From an uncultured Alphaproteobacteria bacterium (GTDB taxonomy: Bacteria > Pseudomonadota > Alphaproteobacteria > Rhizobiales > Xanthobacteraceae), in assembly GCA_963748165.1 (NCBI GenBank), contig CAVVIM010000004.1, positions 1,318 through 65,317 of the forward strand: a stretch of DNA of 64,000 nucleotides, given 5' to 3'. Made by a program: the position numbers and the translations under genes. The notes under the pieces are model-generated. The model was not told where the DNA came from and did no database searches. It saw nothing but the letters and a program-made list of their open reading frames with translations. Within the stretch, counting starts at the first letter, position 1; every line of letters begins with the position of its first letter. Of this stretch, positions 1-10,639 are shown piece by piece.

Positions 1-1208
1 CGAATTGGGTCGCCAGCATTACGGCGGCGATCTCGGGGGCAAGTGGATTCTCACCGCCGGGCTTGGCGGCATGGGCGGCGCGCAGCCGCTCGCGGCGGTG
101 ATGGCCGGCGCGTCGTGTCTTGCCGTCGAATGCCAGCCGTCGCGCATCGAGATGCGGCTGCGTACACGCTATCTCGACCGCCAGGCCTCGACCCTCGACG
201 AAGCGCTGGCGATCATGGCGCGGGCGAGCCGCGACCGCAAACCGGTCTCGGTCGGCCTGCTCGGCAATGCCGCCGAGATTTTTCCGGAGCTGGTGCGGCG
301 TGGCGTGCGCCCGGACGTGGTGACCGACCAGACGTCGGCACACGATCCCGTCAATGGCTATCTGCCGAAAGGCTGGACCACCGGCGATTGGGAGGCCCGC
401 CGCGAGACCGATCCCAAAAGCGTGGCGAGCGCGGCGCGTCGCTCGATGGCGGAACACGTCCGCGCCATGCTGGATTTTCATCGCATGGGCATTCCGGTGG
501 TCGATTACGGCAACAACATCCGCCAGATGGCGTTTGAGGAAGGCGTCACCGACGCGTTCGATTTTCCGGTTTCGTGCCGGCCTATATCAGGCCGCTATTC
601 TGCCGCGGCGTCGGTCCGTTTCGCTGGGCGGCGCTGTCCGGCGATCCCGAGGATATTTACCGCACCGACGCCAAGGTCAAGGAACTGCTGCCGGATCACG
701 CGGCCCTGCACCACTGGCTCGACATGGCGCGCGAGCGCATTGCGTTCCAGGGCCTGCCGGCGCGGATATGCTGGGTCGGGCTCGGCGACCGTCACCGTCT
801 CGGCCTTGCCTTCAACGACATGGTGGCGAAGGGCGAGTTGAAGGCGCCGGTTGTGATCGGTCGGGATCATCTCGACTCCGGATCGGTCGCCTCGCCCAAC
901 CGCGAGACCGAGGCGATGCGGATGGCTCCGACGCCGTCTCCGACTGGCCGCTGCTCAACGCGCTGCTCAATTGCGCCAGCGGCGCCACCTGGGTCTCGCT
1001 GCACCATGGCGGCGGCGTCGGCATGGGTTTTTCCCAACACGCCGGCATGGTGATCGTTTGCGACGGCACCCCGGAGGCCGGGGCGCGAATCGGCCGCGTG
1101 TTGTGGAACGACCCGGCCAGCGGCGTGATGCGCCATGCCGATGCCGGCTACGACATCGCGATCGACTGCGCCCGGCAACACCATCTCGACCTGCCGGGCC
1201 TGGCCTGA
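1..1208 (+). pseudogene. hutU: urocanate hydratase; 5' end lies outside the window and the reading frame is interrupted twice
   Basis: ORFs 5..841, 574..1053 and 354..1208 read colinearly as urocanase: [27 protein letters not shown]; AFDFP|(G)[30 protein letters not shown]; [10 protein letters not shown]|[38 protein letters not shown]; [14 protein letters not shown]. The frame changes near 568-569 and near 920-921. Stop TGA at 1206-1208. Confidence 0.85.
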
Positions 1209-1216
1209 AGACGGCC

Positions 1217-1849
1217 GTGCGGATCATTCGCGCCAACGCGTGCAAGACGGCACCGTGGAAGAACGGCGGAGGCTCGACCACCGAGATCGCCATCGGACCG
1301 CCCGGCGCCTCGCTGGAAAACTTCGACTGGCGCGTCAGCCTGGCGCTGGTGGCGTCTGACGGACCGTTTTCCGCGTTCGCCGGCATCGACCGCACCCTCG
1401 CCGTCGTCAGGGGAAGCGGCCTGGTGCTGACGATCGGCGACGCCGCACCGCTGACACTGTCCAGCGGAGCCGACCCGGTGCATTTTCCAGGCGACACGCC
1501 GACGTCCGCGCGGCTGACCGCGGGCGAGATCACCGACCTCAATGTGATGACGCGACGCGGCCGGTTCCAGCACCGCCTGTTGCGGATCGCGCAGCCGACC
1601 TCCTGCGATTTTGGCGACGACGACATCGCCCTGGCGCTGTCGCTCGACGGCATGACGACGGTGATCTCGGGACCAGACAGCACCATGCTCGATCACGGCG
1701 ACGCGGCTGTTGTCAGCCGAACCACCATGACGGGCTTTCGGATCGTGCCCACAGCGAACCCCTGCTATCTGGTTTGGCTGAGGCGTCAGCCGGGATGCGC
1801 ATATCCCGCCACGCGCGCTTCGACGTCCCAACGCAGCATCAAATCGTAA
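1217..1849 (+). CDS. hutD: HutD/Ves-family protein
   Basis: Lies in the frame of ORF 971..1849, with a GTG at 1217 directly after the hutU stop. The sequence APWKNGGGSTTEIA...FDWRVSLA...GPFSAFAGIDRTLAVV resembles HutD proteins encoded after hutU. The last 64 nt overlap the convergent gene. The start codon is uncertain. Confidence 0.6.
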   Translation: MRIIRANACKTAPWKNGGGSTTEIAIGPPGASLENFDWRVSLALVASDGPFSAFAGIDRTLAVVRGSGLVLTIGDAAPLTLSSGADPVHFPGDTPTSARLTAGEITDLNVMTRRGRFQHRLLRIAQPTSCDFGDDDIALALSLDGMTTVISGPDSTMLDHGDAAVVSRTTMTGFRIVPTANPCYLVWLRRQPGCAYPATRASTSQRSIKS

Positions 1850-2598
1850 TCCCCGATCGCAACCGGCGCGAAGCCCTGCAGGCAGAGCCGTTGCCTGAGA
1901 TCGCCGCAAGCGGCAAGGCCGCCAAATTCCATCAGCGCCGTCCGCAACGATGCAGCAATGTGCTCGGGACATTCGCGGCTCGCGACCAGAAATGGAATCG
2001 GGGCTGTATCCGTCGTTGCGACGACCCTGATCTGCGCGGCGAGCGCCGGTTCATGACGCTGGAGCAGATCCAGCACATAACTGTCGAGCGGCCCGACATC
2101 GATATCGCCGGCCACAACAGCCTCGATCACGCGCCGCGGTGTGGTCAGCGGTCCGATGCTCGCACGATAGAGGTTGCCGCCCGCGGCCTGCCGATACGGC
2201 AGCAAATGATGCCGCAACGCGTTGTAGCCGGAATGGGAGTCCTCGACCGTAAAGCCTGCTCGGCCGCCAAAGGTGTCTTGCAGCGACCGAAAGGAGGAAT
2301 CCGCCTTCACGACCAGACGCGTCGCATAGACCGGCTTTCCAGGCACCGGGCCGCTCAGCGGGACCGGCGCCGCAACCGGCCGTGGCGGATGTTTCGAGAG
2401 CTTGTAGGGAAAGCCGCACATGAAGGCGCAGCCGAGATCGGGGCGAGACCACAGTTCGGCCAGCGGCGCCGGAAACGCGTGATCGATCACGCGCAGATCG
2501 ACCCCGCTTGCGCGCGCGAGCCATTCGAACAATTCCTTCCAGGCCGACGCCGCGCCGGGATCGACCGAATACATCCGCGCATTCGCCACATAGGCCAT
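1786..2598 (-). CDS. PhnD/SsuA-like periplasmic-binding-fold protein (phosphonate/phosphate ABC substrate-binding-like); no obvious signal peptide
   Basis: Full 270-aa ORF with an ATG start and normal composition. Assigned by family-level resemblance only. It lies 9 nt downstream of the OCD-family gene, so the two are probably an operon. Confidence 0.55.
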   Translation of the reverse strand: MAYVANARMYSVDPGAASAWKELFEWLARASGVDLRVIDHAFPAPLAELWSRPDLGCAFMCGFPYKLSKHPPRPVAAPVPLSGPVPGKPVYATRLVVKADSSFRSLQDTFGGRAGFTVEDSHSGYNALRHHLLPYRQAAGGNLYRASIGPLTTPRRVIEAVVAGDIDVGPLDSYVLDLLQRHEPALAAQIRVVATTDTAPIPFLVASRECPEHIAASLRTALMEFGGLAACGDLRQRLCLQGFAPVAIGDYDLMLRWDVEARVAGYAHPG

Positions 2599-2607
2599 GC
2601 TGTCAGC

Positions 2608-3609
2608 TCACGCGAAGCGAAGCCGCTGCCCGATGCCGAGCCGTTTCGATTTCTCCAGCAGCGCGTGACCCAGAGCGATATCGGACAGCGACAGGCCGCG
2701 GTGCCATAACAGATTGGTCTCGGCATCATTTTCCCGTCCCGGCTTCAGGCCGGCGACGATCTGCCCGAGTTCGGCATGCAGGGTTGCCTCCGAAAGCTTG
2801 CCGGCCTCGACATGCGCCCGCAGGCTGCCGAACTTGCCGCCCTTGCACTGCCCCCAATCATCGACGACGAGCTTGGTCATGATGTCGGTCAGCGACAATT
2901 CGATCGCGCTCATGGTGCCGTAAGGAACCACGAACGCGCCGGGCTTGATCCAGGATGTTTTCAGCAGCGGCGTCGGCTCCGAAAGCCGCGAGGCCTCGAC
3001 CACGATGTCGGCGCCTTCGACGCAGCTCTGCCAGTCGGCGGTCGCCACCACTTTCTTGCCGAGGTCCTGGCTCAGGCGCTCGGCGAATGCGTCGCGGCTT
3101 TCCTGGCGGCGGGAATGAACGCGGATGTCGTCGAAATCGAACAGATGATCGAGCAGCCGCACGTTCCAATAGGCGGTCCCGCGCGCCCCGATATGTCCGA
3201 GCACCCGGGAGTTTTTCCGCGCCAGATGCTTGGCACCGATCGCGGTGACCGCGCCGGTGCGCATGTCGGTGATGCCGCTCGCATCGAGGATCGCCCTGGG
3301 CGCGCCGGTGCGTGGATCGAACAAGGCCAGGATCGCCAGTTCGGAAGGAAAGCCGAGCTTGTAATTGTCGACGAAGTCGCCGACCACCTTGACGCCTGCG
3401 CTGTCGACCGGCGCCTTGATCGCGCCGCGCAGCACGTTGAAATGGCCGTTGGCGACACCGGGCTCGAGGTGCATGCGCGGTTCGATCACGGTCTCGCCGC
3501 GCCCCTGGCTGGCAAGGCTGCCCTCAATGGCCGACAGGATTTCGTCGTCGGTGATCTTGAGCTCTTCGATGTCGAGGCGGTTCAGATAGGCGATGTAAAT
3601 CGGCGGCAA
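2608..3609 (-). CDS. ornithine cyclodeaminase / mu-crystallin family protein
   Basis: 333-aa ORF. The Rossmann-type segment VLGHIGARGTAYWNV and the overall pattern are typical of the OCD/mu-crystallin family. TTG start at 3609, preceded by GAGGAGG. Confidence 0.8.
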   Translation of the reverse strand: MPPIYIAYLNRLDIEELKITDDEILSAIEGSLASQGRGETVIEPRMHLEPGVANGHFNVLRGAIKAPVDSAGVKVVGDFVDNYKLGFPSELAILALFDPRTGAPRAILDASGITDMRTGAVTAIGAKHLARKNSRVLGHIGARGTAYWNVRLLDHLFDFDDIRVHSRRQESRDAFAERLSQDLGKKVVATADWQSCVEGADIVVEASRLSEPTPLLKTSWIKPGAFVVPYGTMSAIELSLTDIMTKLVVDDWGQCKGGKFGSLRAHVEAGKLSEATLHAELGQIVAGLKPGRENDAETNLLWHRGLSLSDIALGHALLEKSKRLGIGQRLRFA

Positions 3610-3738
3610 CGGCGGACCTCCTCGCCAAAGCGGCCGCGACGGTCGGCGGCGATCGGCGCGTTATGTCTATACATAATTGCGCCACCCAGCGAAGTCAACA
3701 AAGCGGCCGGGGCTACCGATGTTTTCAGCCGTCATGTA

Positions 3739-5100
3739 TGGACGGCCTCCTCTCGGCAAGGGCTTGTTTGGTGTTTCGGCAAACGGATCGGGGTGCGGTC
3801 ATGTATACGGCCTCTGAATGCGGTCGCTGACCGCGGGCCCTGATGGAGATCGCGGATCGAATTCCAATCATTCCGGCGTGCTGTGACGCGCGATGACGGT
3901 ACGGAGTGTTTCGATCCCGGTTTCCTGACCATTTTGCCATCACACCATAGTTGCCCTTTCCGACAGATGAGCGCGAGCGCGGCGGCTGTCGCCCTCCAAT
4001 CAGGCAGCAGCCGACGCGCTCGCGCGAGCCCGGTACTTCTCTCCTTTGGCCAGCATGGCCCAGATGATACGCGCGGTCTTGGCGGCGAGCGCCACCATGA
4101 CGACCTTATAGGGACGACGCGCCAGCAGCTCGCGCAGCCACGGGTCGCTGACACCGCGCCGCTTCTGGTGGCGCAGATAGCCGCTCGCCCCACTGATCAG
4201 CAGGGCTCGCAGCATGCGGTCGCCCCGTTTGGAGATGCGGCCTGGACGATGCTTGCCGCCGGTGCCGTGATCGCGGCCGGTCAGTCCGATCCAGGCCGCA
4301 AAATCGCGGCCCGAGCGGAACACCTTCGCATCAGCCACCTTGGCCATAACCGTGCTGGCGATGATCGGGCCGACGCACGGCACCTCCATCAGCCGGCGCG
4401 CCTCGCGATCGGCGCGGGCGGCTTGCGTAATCTGTCGCTCCAGCGCGCGCTCATCGGCATCGAGCGCCTGCCAATGCCTGGCCAGAACCAGCAACGTGCC
4501 CCGCATCAGCTCCGGGATCTCCGCGTTTGCCGTTTCGAGCCGGGCCATCAGCTCGCGCAATCCCCTGATGCCCTGCGCCGCCACGATCCCGAGTTCGCCC
4601 AGCGCAGCCCGCAGCGCATTCGCCGCCATCGTGCGCTGCCGCACCAGCAGCGCCCGCGTGGTATGAACCGCCATCGTCGCTTGCTGCTCCACGCTCTTTA
4701 CCGCCACGAACCGCATCGTCGGCCGGCCCACCGCCTCGCAGATCGCCTCCGCGTCGCGGCCATCGTTCTTGTTGCGCTTCAGGTAGGGTTTCACATAGGC
4801 CGGCGGCATCAGCCGCACCTCGTGGCCATAACGGCCGATCACCCGCGCCCAATGGTGCGCGCTGCCACAGGCCTCCATCCCCACCAGGCACGGCGGCAGT
4901 TGCGCAAAAAACTTCTCCACCGCACCACGCCGAAGCTGACGCCGCACCACCACCCCTCCCGACGCGTCAATCCCGTGAACCTGGAACACGTTCTTCGCCA
5001 AATCCAAACCAATCATGCTAATCTCGCCCATGGACGGCTCCCTTGTCTGGTCGAATCGATATCACCAGTCTGGCACACTGATGCCGTCGGGGGCCGTCCA
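3739..5100 (-). mobile_element. IS110-family insertion sequence (boundaries tentative)
   Basis: Contains the single transposase ORF 4000..5031. The only terminal symmetry found is a 9-bp inverted core, TGGACGGCC (3739-3747) paired with GGCCGTCCA (5092-5100), with partial flanking matches. The right end abuts REP family A copy 5107-5186. Confidence 0.5.
4000..5031 (-). CDS. IS110 family transposase
   Basis: 343 aa. The N-terminus MIGLDLAKNVFQVHG...GMEACGSAHHWAR (DEDD-type domain) and the C-terminal part PCVGPIIASTVMAKVADAKVFRSGRDFAAWIGLTGRDHGTGGKHRPGRISKRGDRMLR are typical of IS110/IS1111 transposases. AAGGGAG precedes the ATG. Confidence 0.92.
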   Translation of the reverse strand: MGEISMIGLDLAKNVFQVHGIDASGGVVVRRQLRRGAVEKFFAQLPPCLVGMEACGSAHHWARVIGRYGHEVRLMPPAYVKPYLKRNKNDGRDAEAICEAVGRPTMRFVAVKSVEQQATMAVHTTRALLVRQRTMAANALRAALGELGIVAAQGIRGLRELMARLETANAEIPELMRGTLLVLARHWQALDADERALERQITQAARADREARRLMEVPCVGPIIASTVMAKVADAKVFRSGRDFAAWIGLTGRDHGTGGKHRPGRISKRGDRMLRALLISGASGYLRHQKRRGVSDPWLRELLARRPYKVVMVALAAKTARIIWAMLAKGEKYRARASASAAA

Positions 5101-5106
5101 CACCAT

Positions 5107-5186
5107 CATTCCGGGGCGCGCGTGAGCGCGAACCCGGAATCTCGAGATTCCGGGTTCGATGCTTCCGCATCGTCCGGGAATGACGG
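5107..5186. repeat. REP family A copy 1 (nested palindrome CATTCCGGGG...AACCCGGAATCTCGAGATTCCGGGTT...CCGGGAATGACGG)
   Basis: Palindrome centred on CTCGAG. The same element recurs at 16512-16612, 34561-34677 and, in short form, at 40308-40348. Confidence 0.85.
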
Positions 5187-5214
5187 ATGGGATGGAGCGT
5201 CCGTGACGGCGAAA

Positions 5215-7257
5215 TCAGGCCGCGCGGATGTTCGCCATGAAGCGGTCGAGTTCGGCGCGCAGGCGCTTGCTTTCGCTCGAGAGCGACCGCGCCGAATTCA
5301 GCACGTCTTCCGAGGCAGACCCGGTTTCGGTGGCGCCGCGATTGACCTGCATGATGTTGGCGGCTGCCTGCCGGGTGCCTTGCGCGACGCTCTGGACGCT
5401 GCGCGCGATCTCCTGGGTGGCCGAGCCCTGCTGCTCGACGGCGGTGGCGATCGACGAGGCGATTTCCGAAATCTGGCCGATGGTGCCGCCGATTTCCTTG
5501 ATGGCGGCGACCAATTCCTGCGTTGCGCCCTGCATGCCGGAAATATGCGACGATATTTCGTCGGTCGCCCTGGCGGTCTGGCTGGCGAGCGACTTGACCT
5601 CGGATGCGACCACGGCGAAGCCACGGCCGGCCTCGCCGGCGCGAGCGGCCTCGATGGTGGCGTTCAGCGCCAGCAGATTGGTCTGCTCGGCGATCGCCGT
5701 GATCAGCTTGACCACGTCGCCGATCTGCTGCGCGGCGCGCGACAATTTGCCGATCCGGCCGTCGGTCTGCTCCGCCTGCAGCACGGCGGCCTCCGCGATC
5801 CGGTTGGATTCGCGCACCCGCTTGCCGATTTCATCGACCGAGGCGGAAAGCTGCTCGGTGGCACTGGCAACCGACTGCATGTTCTGGGAAGCTTCTTCCG
5901 AAGCGCCGGCGACCTGGTTGGACAGGCTCTGGGTGGTGTCCGCGGTCCGGGTCAGGGTGCCGGCGGCGGATTCAAGCTGAACCGCCGACGCCGAGACGTT
6001 GGAGACGATGGCGCCCACCGCGGCTTCGAATTCATCGGCAAAGCGGATCAGTTCGCTGCGGCGCGCGGCGCTGCTCGCCTTGTTGTGAGCATCCTGCGCC
6101 GCGGCATCGCGTTCGGCCTTGGCAACGGCCTGGACCTTGAATTCCTCCACCGCGGCGGCCATCTCGCCGAGTTCGTCGTTGCGGCCAAGGCCGGGCAATA
6201 CGACATCGAACCTGCCGCCGGCGAGCTCGCGCATGGCCTGGCACATCGCGGTCATCGGCCGCGAGATTCCCTTGCCCAGCAGCAACGCCAGCACGGCGCC
6301 GAGCAGGAAGCCGCCGCCCGCCAGCGTCACCAGCAGGCGCTCGGTCTCGCCAATGATCGCATTGGACTCCGCTTCCAGCCGCTGCTGATCGGACAGCAGG
6401 GCGGCTTTCATCGCGCTCGAGCCCTGCATGATCGCGTCCGCAGAACCGCCCATCGCGGTCGTCAATTGGTCGATCGACCTGGCGTTGTCGACCAACTGGC
6501 TGAAGGCCTTCCGGTAATCCGCCAGCAGCTCAAACGCCTCCGTGATCGTCTGCAGGATTTTTTCGTCGGTTGCGGATATCGCATGCAGCGAGTTCTGAAC
6601 GAAGGAGAGGCGCGCCAGCGTGCTGGTGGCGGCCGCCGGGTCGGAGCTGATGACGAAATTGTCGGCCATCGCGGTGGCCGCCTGATATTGCGACTGCACC
6701 TGCTTGGCGCCGAGTTCGACCGCCGGCAGTTCCGCGTCGGCGGCGCTGCCGGCGAGATCGTCGAGCTTGTAACGCAGCATGCTGCCGCCGCGCGTAATCT
6801 GCCGCTCTACCAACAGCGCGTTCGCGCGCTTGAGCTTGAGGATATCGGCGAAAATCCTGCTGAAGGCCTGGAATTCCTTGCCGAGGCGGGCGACCTGGTC
6901 GAGCCGCGCCGCATTGGTGGTGCCCTTCATCGCGCGGTCGATGGCGTCTTTCAGGCTGGCTTGGGCGGCCAGCGCCGCCTTGCCGTCATCTTCCTTGCCG
7001 GTGACCACAAAATAGCGTGCCAGCCCGCGGTACGAAATCAGTTCACGGTCGATGTTGCGCGCCAGATCGGCTTCCGACACGCTGTTCCGATATGACGACA
7101 CGCCGGCGGAGACCCGCTCAAAGCCGAAATAGGCGATGCCCATGCTGACCGCCGAGATCGCCAGCACGACGGAAAAGCCCAGCATGATTTTTGCGCGAAA
7201 CCGCAAGGCCGGGAGCTTTGGGGACAGTGATCGCGGCCAAATACCCTTCAATCCCAC
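5215..7257 (-). CDS. methyl-accepting chemotaxis protein (two TM segments, HAMP, MCP signalling domain)
   Basis: 680 aa. The conserved signalling hairpin [43 protein letters not shown] is present, with an N-terminal TM segment and a HAMP-like region. GTG start at 7257. Confidence 0.92.
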   Translation of the reverse strand: MGLKGIWPRSLSPKLPALRFRAKIMLGFSVVLAISAVSMGIAYFGFERVSAGVSSYRNSVSEADLARNIDRELISYRGLARYFVVTGKEDDGKAALAAQASLKDAIDRAMKGTTNAARLDQVARLGKEFQAFSRIFADILKLKRANALLVERQITRGGSMLRYKLDDLAGSAADAELPAVELGAKQVQSQYQAATAMADNFVISSDPAAATSTLARLSFVQNSLHAISATDEKILQTITEAFELLADYRKAFSQLVDNARSIDQLTTAMGGSADAIMQGSSAMKAALLSDQQRLEAESNAIIGETERLLVTLAGGGFLLGAVLALLLGKGISRPMTAMCQAMRELAGGRFDVVLPGLGRNDELGEMAAAVEEFKVQAVAKAERDAAAQDAHNKASSAARRSELIRFADEFEAAVGAIVSNVSASAVQLESAAGTLTRTADTTQSLSNQVAGASEEASQNMQSVASATEQLSASVDEIGKRVRESNRIAEAAVLQAEQTDGRIGKLSRAAQQIGDVVKLITAIAEQTNLLALNATIEAARAGEAGRGFAVVASEVKSLASQTARATDEISSHISGMQGATQELVAAIKEIGGTIGQISEIASSIATAVEQQGSATQEIARSVQSVAQGTRQAAANIMQVNRGATETGSASEDVLNSARSLSSESKRLRAELDRFMANIRAA

Positions 7258-7489
7258 CTCAATCCCCCGCTTTTCTTTCGCAAAACACAGCCAAACCGGG
7301 GGCCCGGGCTCCCGACTCGGCCGGAAGCTAGAACCAAATGGATAAAACGCCGTAAATTTACCGCGACTCCTTCCCGAGGCGCGGCTTTGGGCGCGACCGG
7401 GTCCGTGGCCAATCGGCAGGATGGCAAGCCCAAAGGACGCCAGTCACGATTGTGACACGCACCGTCAAAGTGTCGCCCAGACGACCGCC

Positions 7490-7590
7490 AAAGCCGGTTC
7501 GGTCTGATTGAATCAGAACCGGGCTTGGTTTGCTGTTTTGACGCGTTTTCTGCACGCGAACCGGGACCCGCTTCGCTCGAAAACGCTCTG
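7490..7590. repeat. intergenic repeat family B copy 1 (hairpin GGTCTGATTGAATCAGAACC followed by GCTGTTTTGACGCGTTTTC..CGCGAACCGGGACCC)
   Basis: Related copies occur at 46505-46580 (inverted), 49895-49975 and 53236-53295 (truncated). Confidence 0.8.
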
Positions 7591-7650
7591 GTTCGCAGCG
7601 CCGGGATTGGCGGCCGGCGTCGGCAAGTCCCTCCGCGACGAAAATCGTAG

Positions 7651-7680
7651 TTGCAAAGTCGGGGTCCTCTGTCTCTAATT
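7651..7680 (+). promoter_or_regulatory. candidate sigma70-type promoter for the cox cluster (TTGCAA-N17-TCTAAT)
   Basis: TTGCAA at 7651-7656 and TCTAAT at 7674-7679, about 35 nt upstream of the coxS GTG. Based on the sequence pattern only. Confidence 0.25.
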
Positions 7681-7713
7681 GGACTAACTAAAATCGATCG
7701 GGAGGGACGACGC

Positions 7714-8199
<486 letters not shown>

Positions 8200-8285
8200 C
8201 GGGCTGCGGGCCCGCGCCCGCGGTCAAGACCGCCGAATTTCGATGGAAATGGCGGACAGCAAAACTCCGGTAGGGAGACTGAAAG

Positions 8286-10625
8286 ATGGGCGTTGAAGGC
8301 ATTGGCGCACGGGTGCTGCGCAAGGAAGACAAGCAATTCATCACCGGCAAGGGCCGCTACGTCGACGATATCCGCCTGCACGGCATGACCTATGCCGCCT
8401 TCGTGCGCAGTCCGCACGCCCACGCAAAGGTCGCAGGCATCGACACCACCGAAGCCATCAAGCTGCCGGGCGTGGTTGCGGTGCTCACCGGCAAGGAGCT
8501 GGTCGAGGACAAGATCGGCAACCTGATCTGCGGCTGGATGATTCATTCCAAGGACGGCGCGCCGATGAAGATGGGCGCCTGGCCGGCGATGGCGCCGGAT
8601 ACCGTGCGCTTTGTCGGACAGGCGGTCGCGGTCGTGATCGCCGAGACCCGCAATCAGGCGCGCGACGGCGCCGAAGCGGTCGCCGTCAAATATCAGGAGC
8701 TTCCCGCCGCCGCCGATATCAAGGCCGCGATCGCACCGGGGGCGCCGCAGCTTCATCCGGAAGCGCCGGGCAACGTGATCTATGACTGGACCATCGGCGA
8801 CGAAGCCGCGACCGATGCAGCGTTCAAGTCGGCGGCACATGTTGTCGGGCTCGACATCACCAACAACCGGCTGGTTCCGAACCCGATGGAGCCCCGCGCG
8901 GCCATCGCCGATTACGATGCCGCGGAGGAGCATTTCACGCTCTACACGACCTCGCAGAACCCGCATGTCGCCCGCCTCGTGCTGTCGGCGTTTTACAACA
9001 TCGCGCAGGAGCACAAGCTGAGGGTGATCGCGCCCGATGTCGGCGGCGGCTTTGGCTCGAAGATCTTCATCTATCCCGAGGAAATGGTCGCGCTGTGGGC
9101 CTCGAAGAAGGTCGGACGTCCGGTGAAGTGGACCAGCGACCGCACCGAGGCCTTCCTGACCGACGCGCACGGCCGCGACCACCTGACCAAGGCCGAGCTG
9201 GCGCTCGACAAGGACCACAAGGTCACCGGCTTGCGGGTCAAGACCTACGCCAATCTGGGCGGCTACATGTCGCTGTTCTCCTCCTCGGTGCCGACCTATC
9301 TCTACGCCACGCTGCTGTCGGGCCAGTACAACATTCCCAATATCTTCGCCGAGGTGATCAGCGTCTACACCAATACGACGCCGGTCGACGCCTATCGCGG
9401 CGCCGGCAGGCCCGAAGCAAGCTTCGTGGTCGAGCGGCTGATGGAGACGGCGGCCCGAGAACTCAAGGTCGATCCCGCCGAATTGCGTCGCAAGAACTTC
9501 ATCACCAGCTTCCCGCACCAGACCCCGGTGATCATGGCCTACGACATCGGGGACTTTAATGCGTCGCTGGATGCGGCGATGAAGGCGATCGACTATGCCG
9601 GCTTCGCCTCCCGCAAGGAAAAGGCCAAAAAGGACGGCAAGCTGCGCGGCATCGGCGTCTCCTGCTACATCGAGGCCTGCGGCATCGCGCCCTCGAAAGC
9701 GGTCGGCAGCCTCGGCGCCGGCGTCGGGCTGTGGGAATCCGCCGAAGTCCGCGTCAATCCGGTCGGCACCATCGAAATCCTGACGGGATCGCACAGCCAC
9801 GGCCAGGGCCATGAGACGAGCTTCTGTCAGGTGATCGCCGAACGGCTTGGCGTACCCATCAGCCAGGTGTCGATCGTGCACGGCGACACCGACAAGGTGC
9901 AGTTCGGCATGGGCACCTATGGTTCGCGTTCGGCCGCGGTCGGCCTCACCGCGATCGTCAAGGCGATGGAGAAGATGGAGGCCAAGGCCAAGAAGATTGC
10001 CGCCCATCAGATGGAAGCCTCCGAGGACGACATCGTCATCGAGAACGGCCAGTTCAAGGTCACCGGCACCGACAAGGCGCTGGCGTTGCCGATGGTGGCG
10101 CTCGCGGCCTATACCGCGCACAATTTGCCCGACGGCATGGAGCCCGGCCTGAAGGAGACCGCGTTCTACGACCCGACCAATTTCACCTTCCCGGCCGGGT
10201 CCTACATCTGCGAAGTCGAGGTCGATTCCGGTACCGGCAAGACCTCGTTCGTCAACTTCGTTGCGGCGGATGATTTCGGCCGGCTGATCAATCCGATGAT
10301 CGTCGAAGGCCAGGTCCATGGCGGTCTCGCCCAGGGGATCGGGCAGGCGCTCATGGAAAACACCGTTTACGACCAGAGCGGCCAGCTCGTGACCGCGAGC
10401 TTCATGGACTATGCGATGCCGCGGGCCGAGGATCTGCCCTCGTTCAACGTCTCGCACACCACGACGCTGTGTCCGGGCAATCCGCTCGGCGTCAAGGGCT
10501 GCGGCGAGGCCGGCGCGATCGGTGCGGCGGCCGCCGTCATCAACGCCATCACCGACGCCATCGGCAACAACAAACTGGAGATGCCGGCATCTCCCGACCG
10601 CGTCTGGCACGCGATCCACGGCTGA
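8286..10625 (+). CDS. coxL: molybdopterin-binding large subunit, form-II CoxL-like
   Basis: 779 aa with aldehyde oxidase/xanthine dehydrogenase family architecture. The active-site loop reads AYRGAGR (9390-9410), not the form I motif AYxCSFR. Confidence 0.9.
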   Translation: MGVEGIGARVLRKEDKQFITGKGRYVDDIRLHGMTYAAFVRSPHAHAKVAGIDTTEAIKLPGVVAVLTGKELVEDKIGNLICGWMIHSKDGAPMKMGAWPAMAPDTVRFVGQAVAVVIAETRNQARDGAEAVAVKYQELPAAADIKAAIAPGAPQLHPEAPGNVIYDWTIGDEAATDAAFKSAAHVVGLDITNNRLVPNPMEPRAAIADYDAAEEHFTLYTTSQNPHVARLVLSAFYNIAQEHKLRVIAPDVGGGFGSKIFIYPEEMVALWASKKVGRPVKWTSDRTEAFLTDAHGRDHLTKAELALDKDHKVTGLRVKTYANLGGYMSLFSSSVPTYLYATLLSGQYNIPNIFAEVISVYTNTTPVDAYRGAGRPEASFVVERLMETAARELKVDPAELRRKNFITSFPHQTPVIMAYDIGDFNASLDAAMKAIDYAGFASRKEKAKKDGKLRGIGVSCYIEACGIAPSKAVGSLGAGVGLWESAEVRVNPVGTIEILTGSHSHGQGHETSFCQVIAERLGVPISQVSIVHGDTDKVQFGMGTYGSRSAAVGLTAIVKAMEKMEAKAKKIAAHQMEASEDDIVIENGQFKVTGTDKALALPMVALAAYTAHNLPDGMEPGLKETAFYDPTNFTFPAGSYICEVEVDSGTGKTSFVNFVAADDFGRLINPMIVEGQVHGGLAQGIGQALMENTVYDQSGQLVTASFMDYAMPRAEDLPSFNVSHTTTLCPGNPLGVKGCGEAGAIGAAAAVINAITDAIGNNKLEMPASPDRVWHAIHG

Positions 10626-10639
10626 GAGGGAGAACGATC

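Noticed and set aside
1-1208. hutU frame changes considered as programmed ribosomal frameshifting
   Set aside because: There are two independent single-base losses in GG(G) runs with no slippery heptamer or downstream structure. Urocanase is not known to require recoding. Mutation or sequencing error is the simpler explanation.
3861-3900. CATTCCGG / GATGACGG fragments left of the transposase gene considered as the other half of a REP split by the IS
   Set aside because: The fragments do not form the family A palindrome, and the copy at 5107-5186 is already complete, so a split target is not supported.
3883-7095. 1070-aa plus-strand ORF spanning the IS transposase and MCP region
   Set aside because: It is antisense to two genes with clear family signatures. 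Its translation is Arg/Ala/Gly/His-rich low-complexity sequence, as expected from stop-poor antisense frames in GC-rich DNA.
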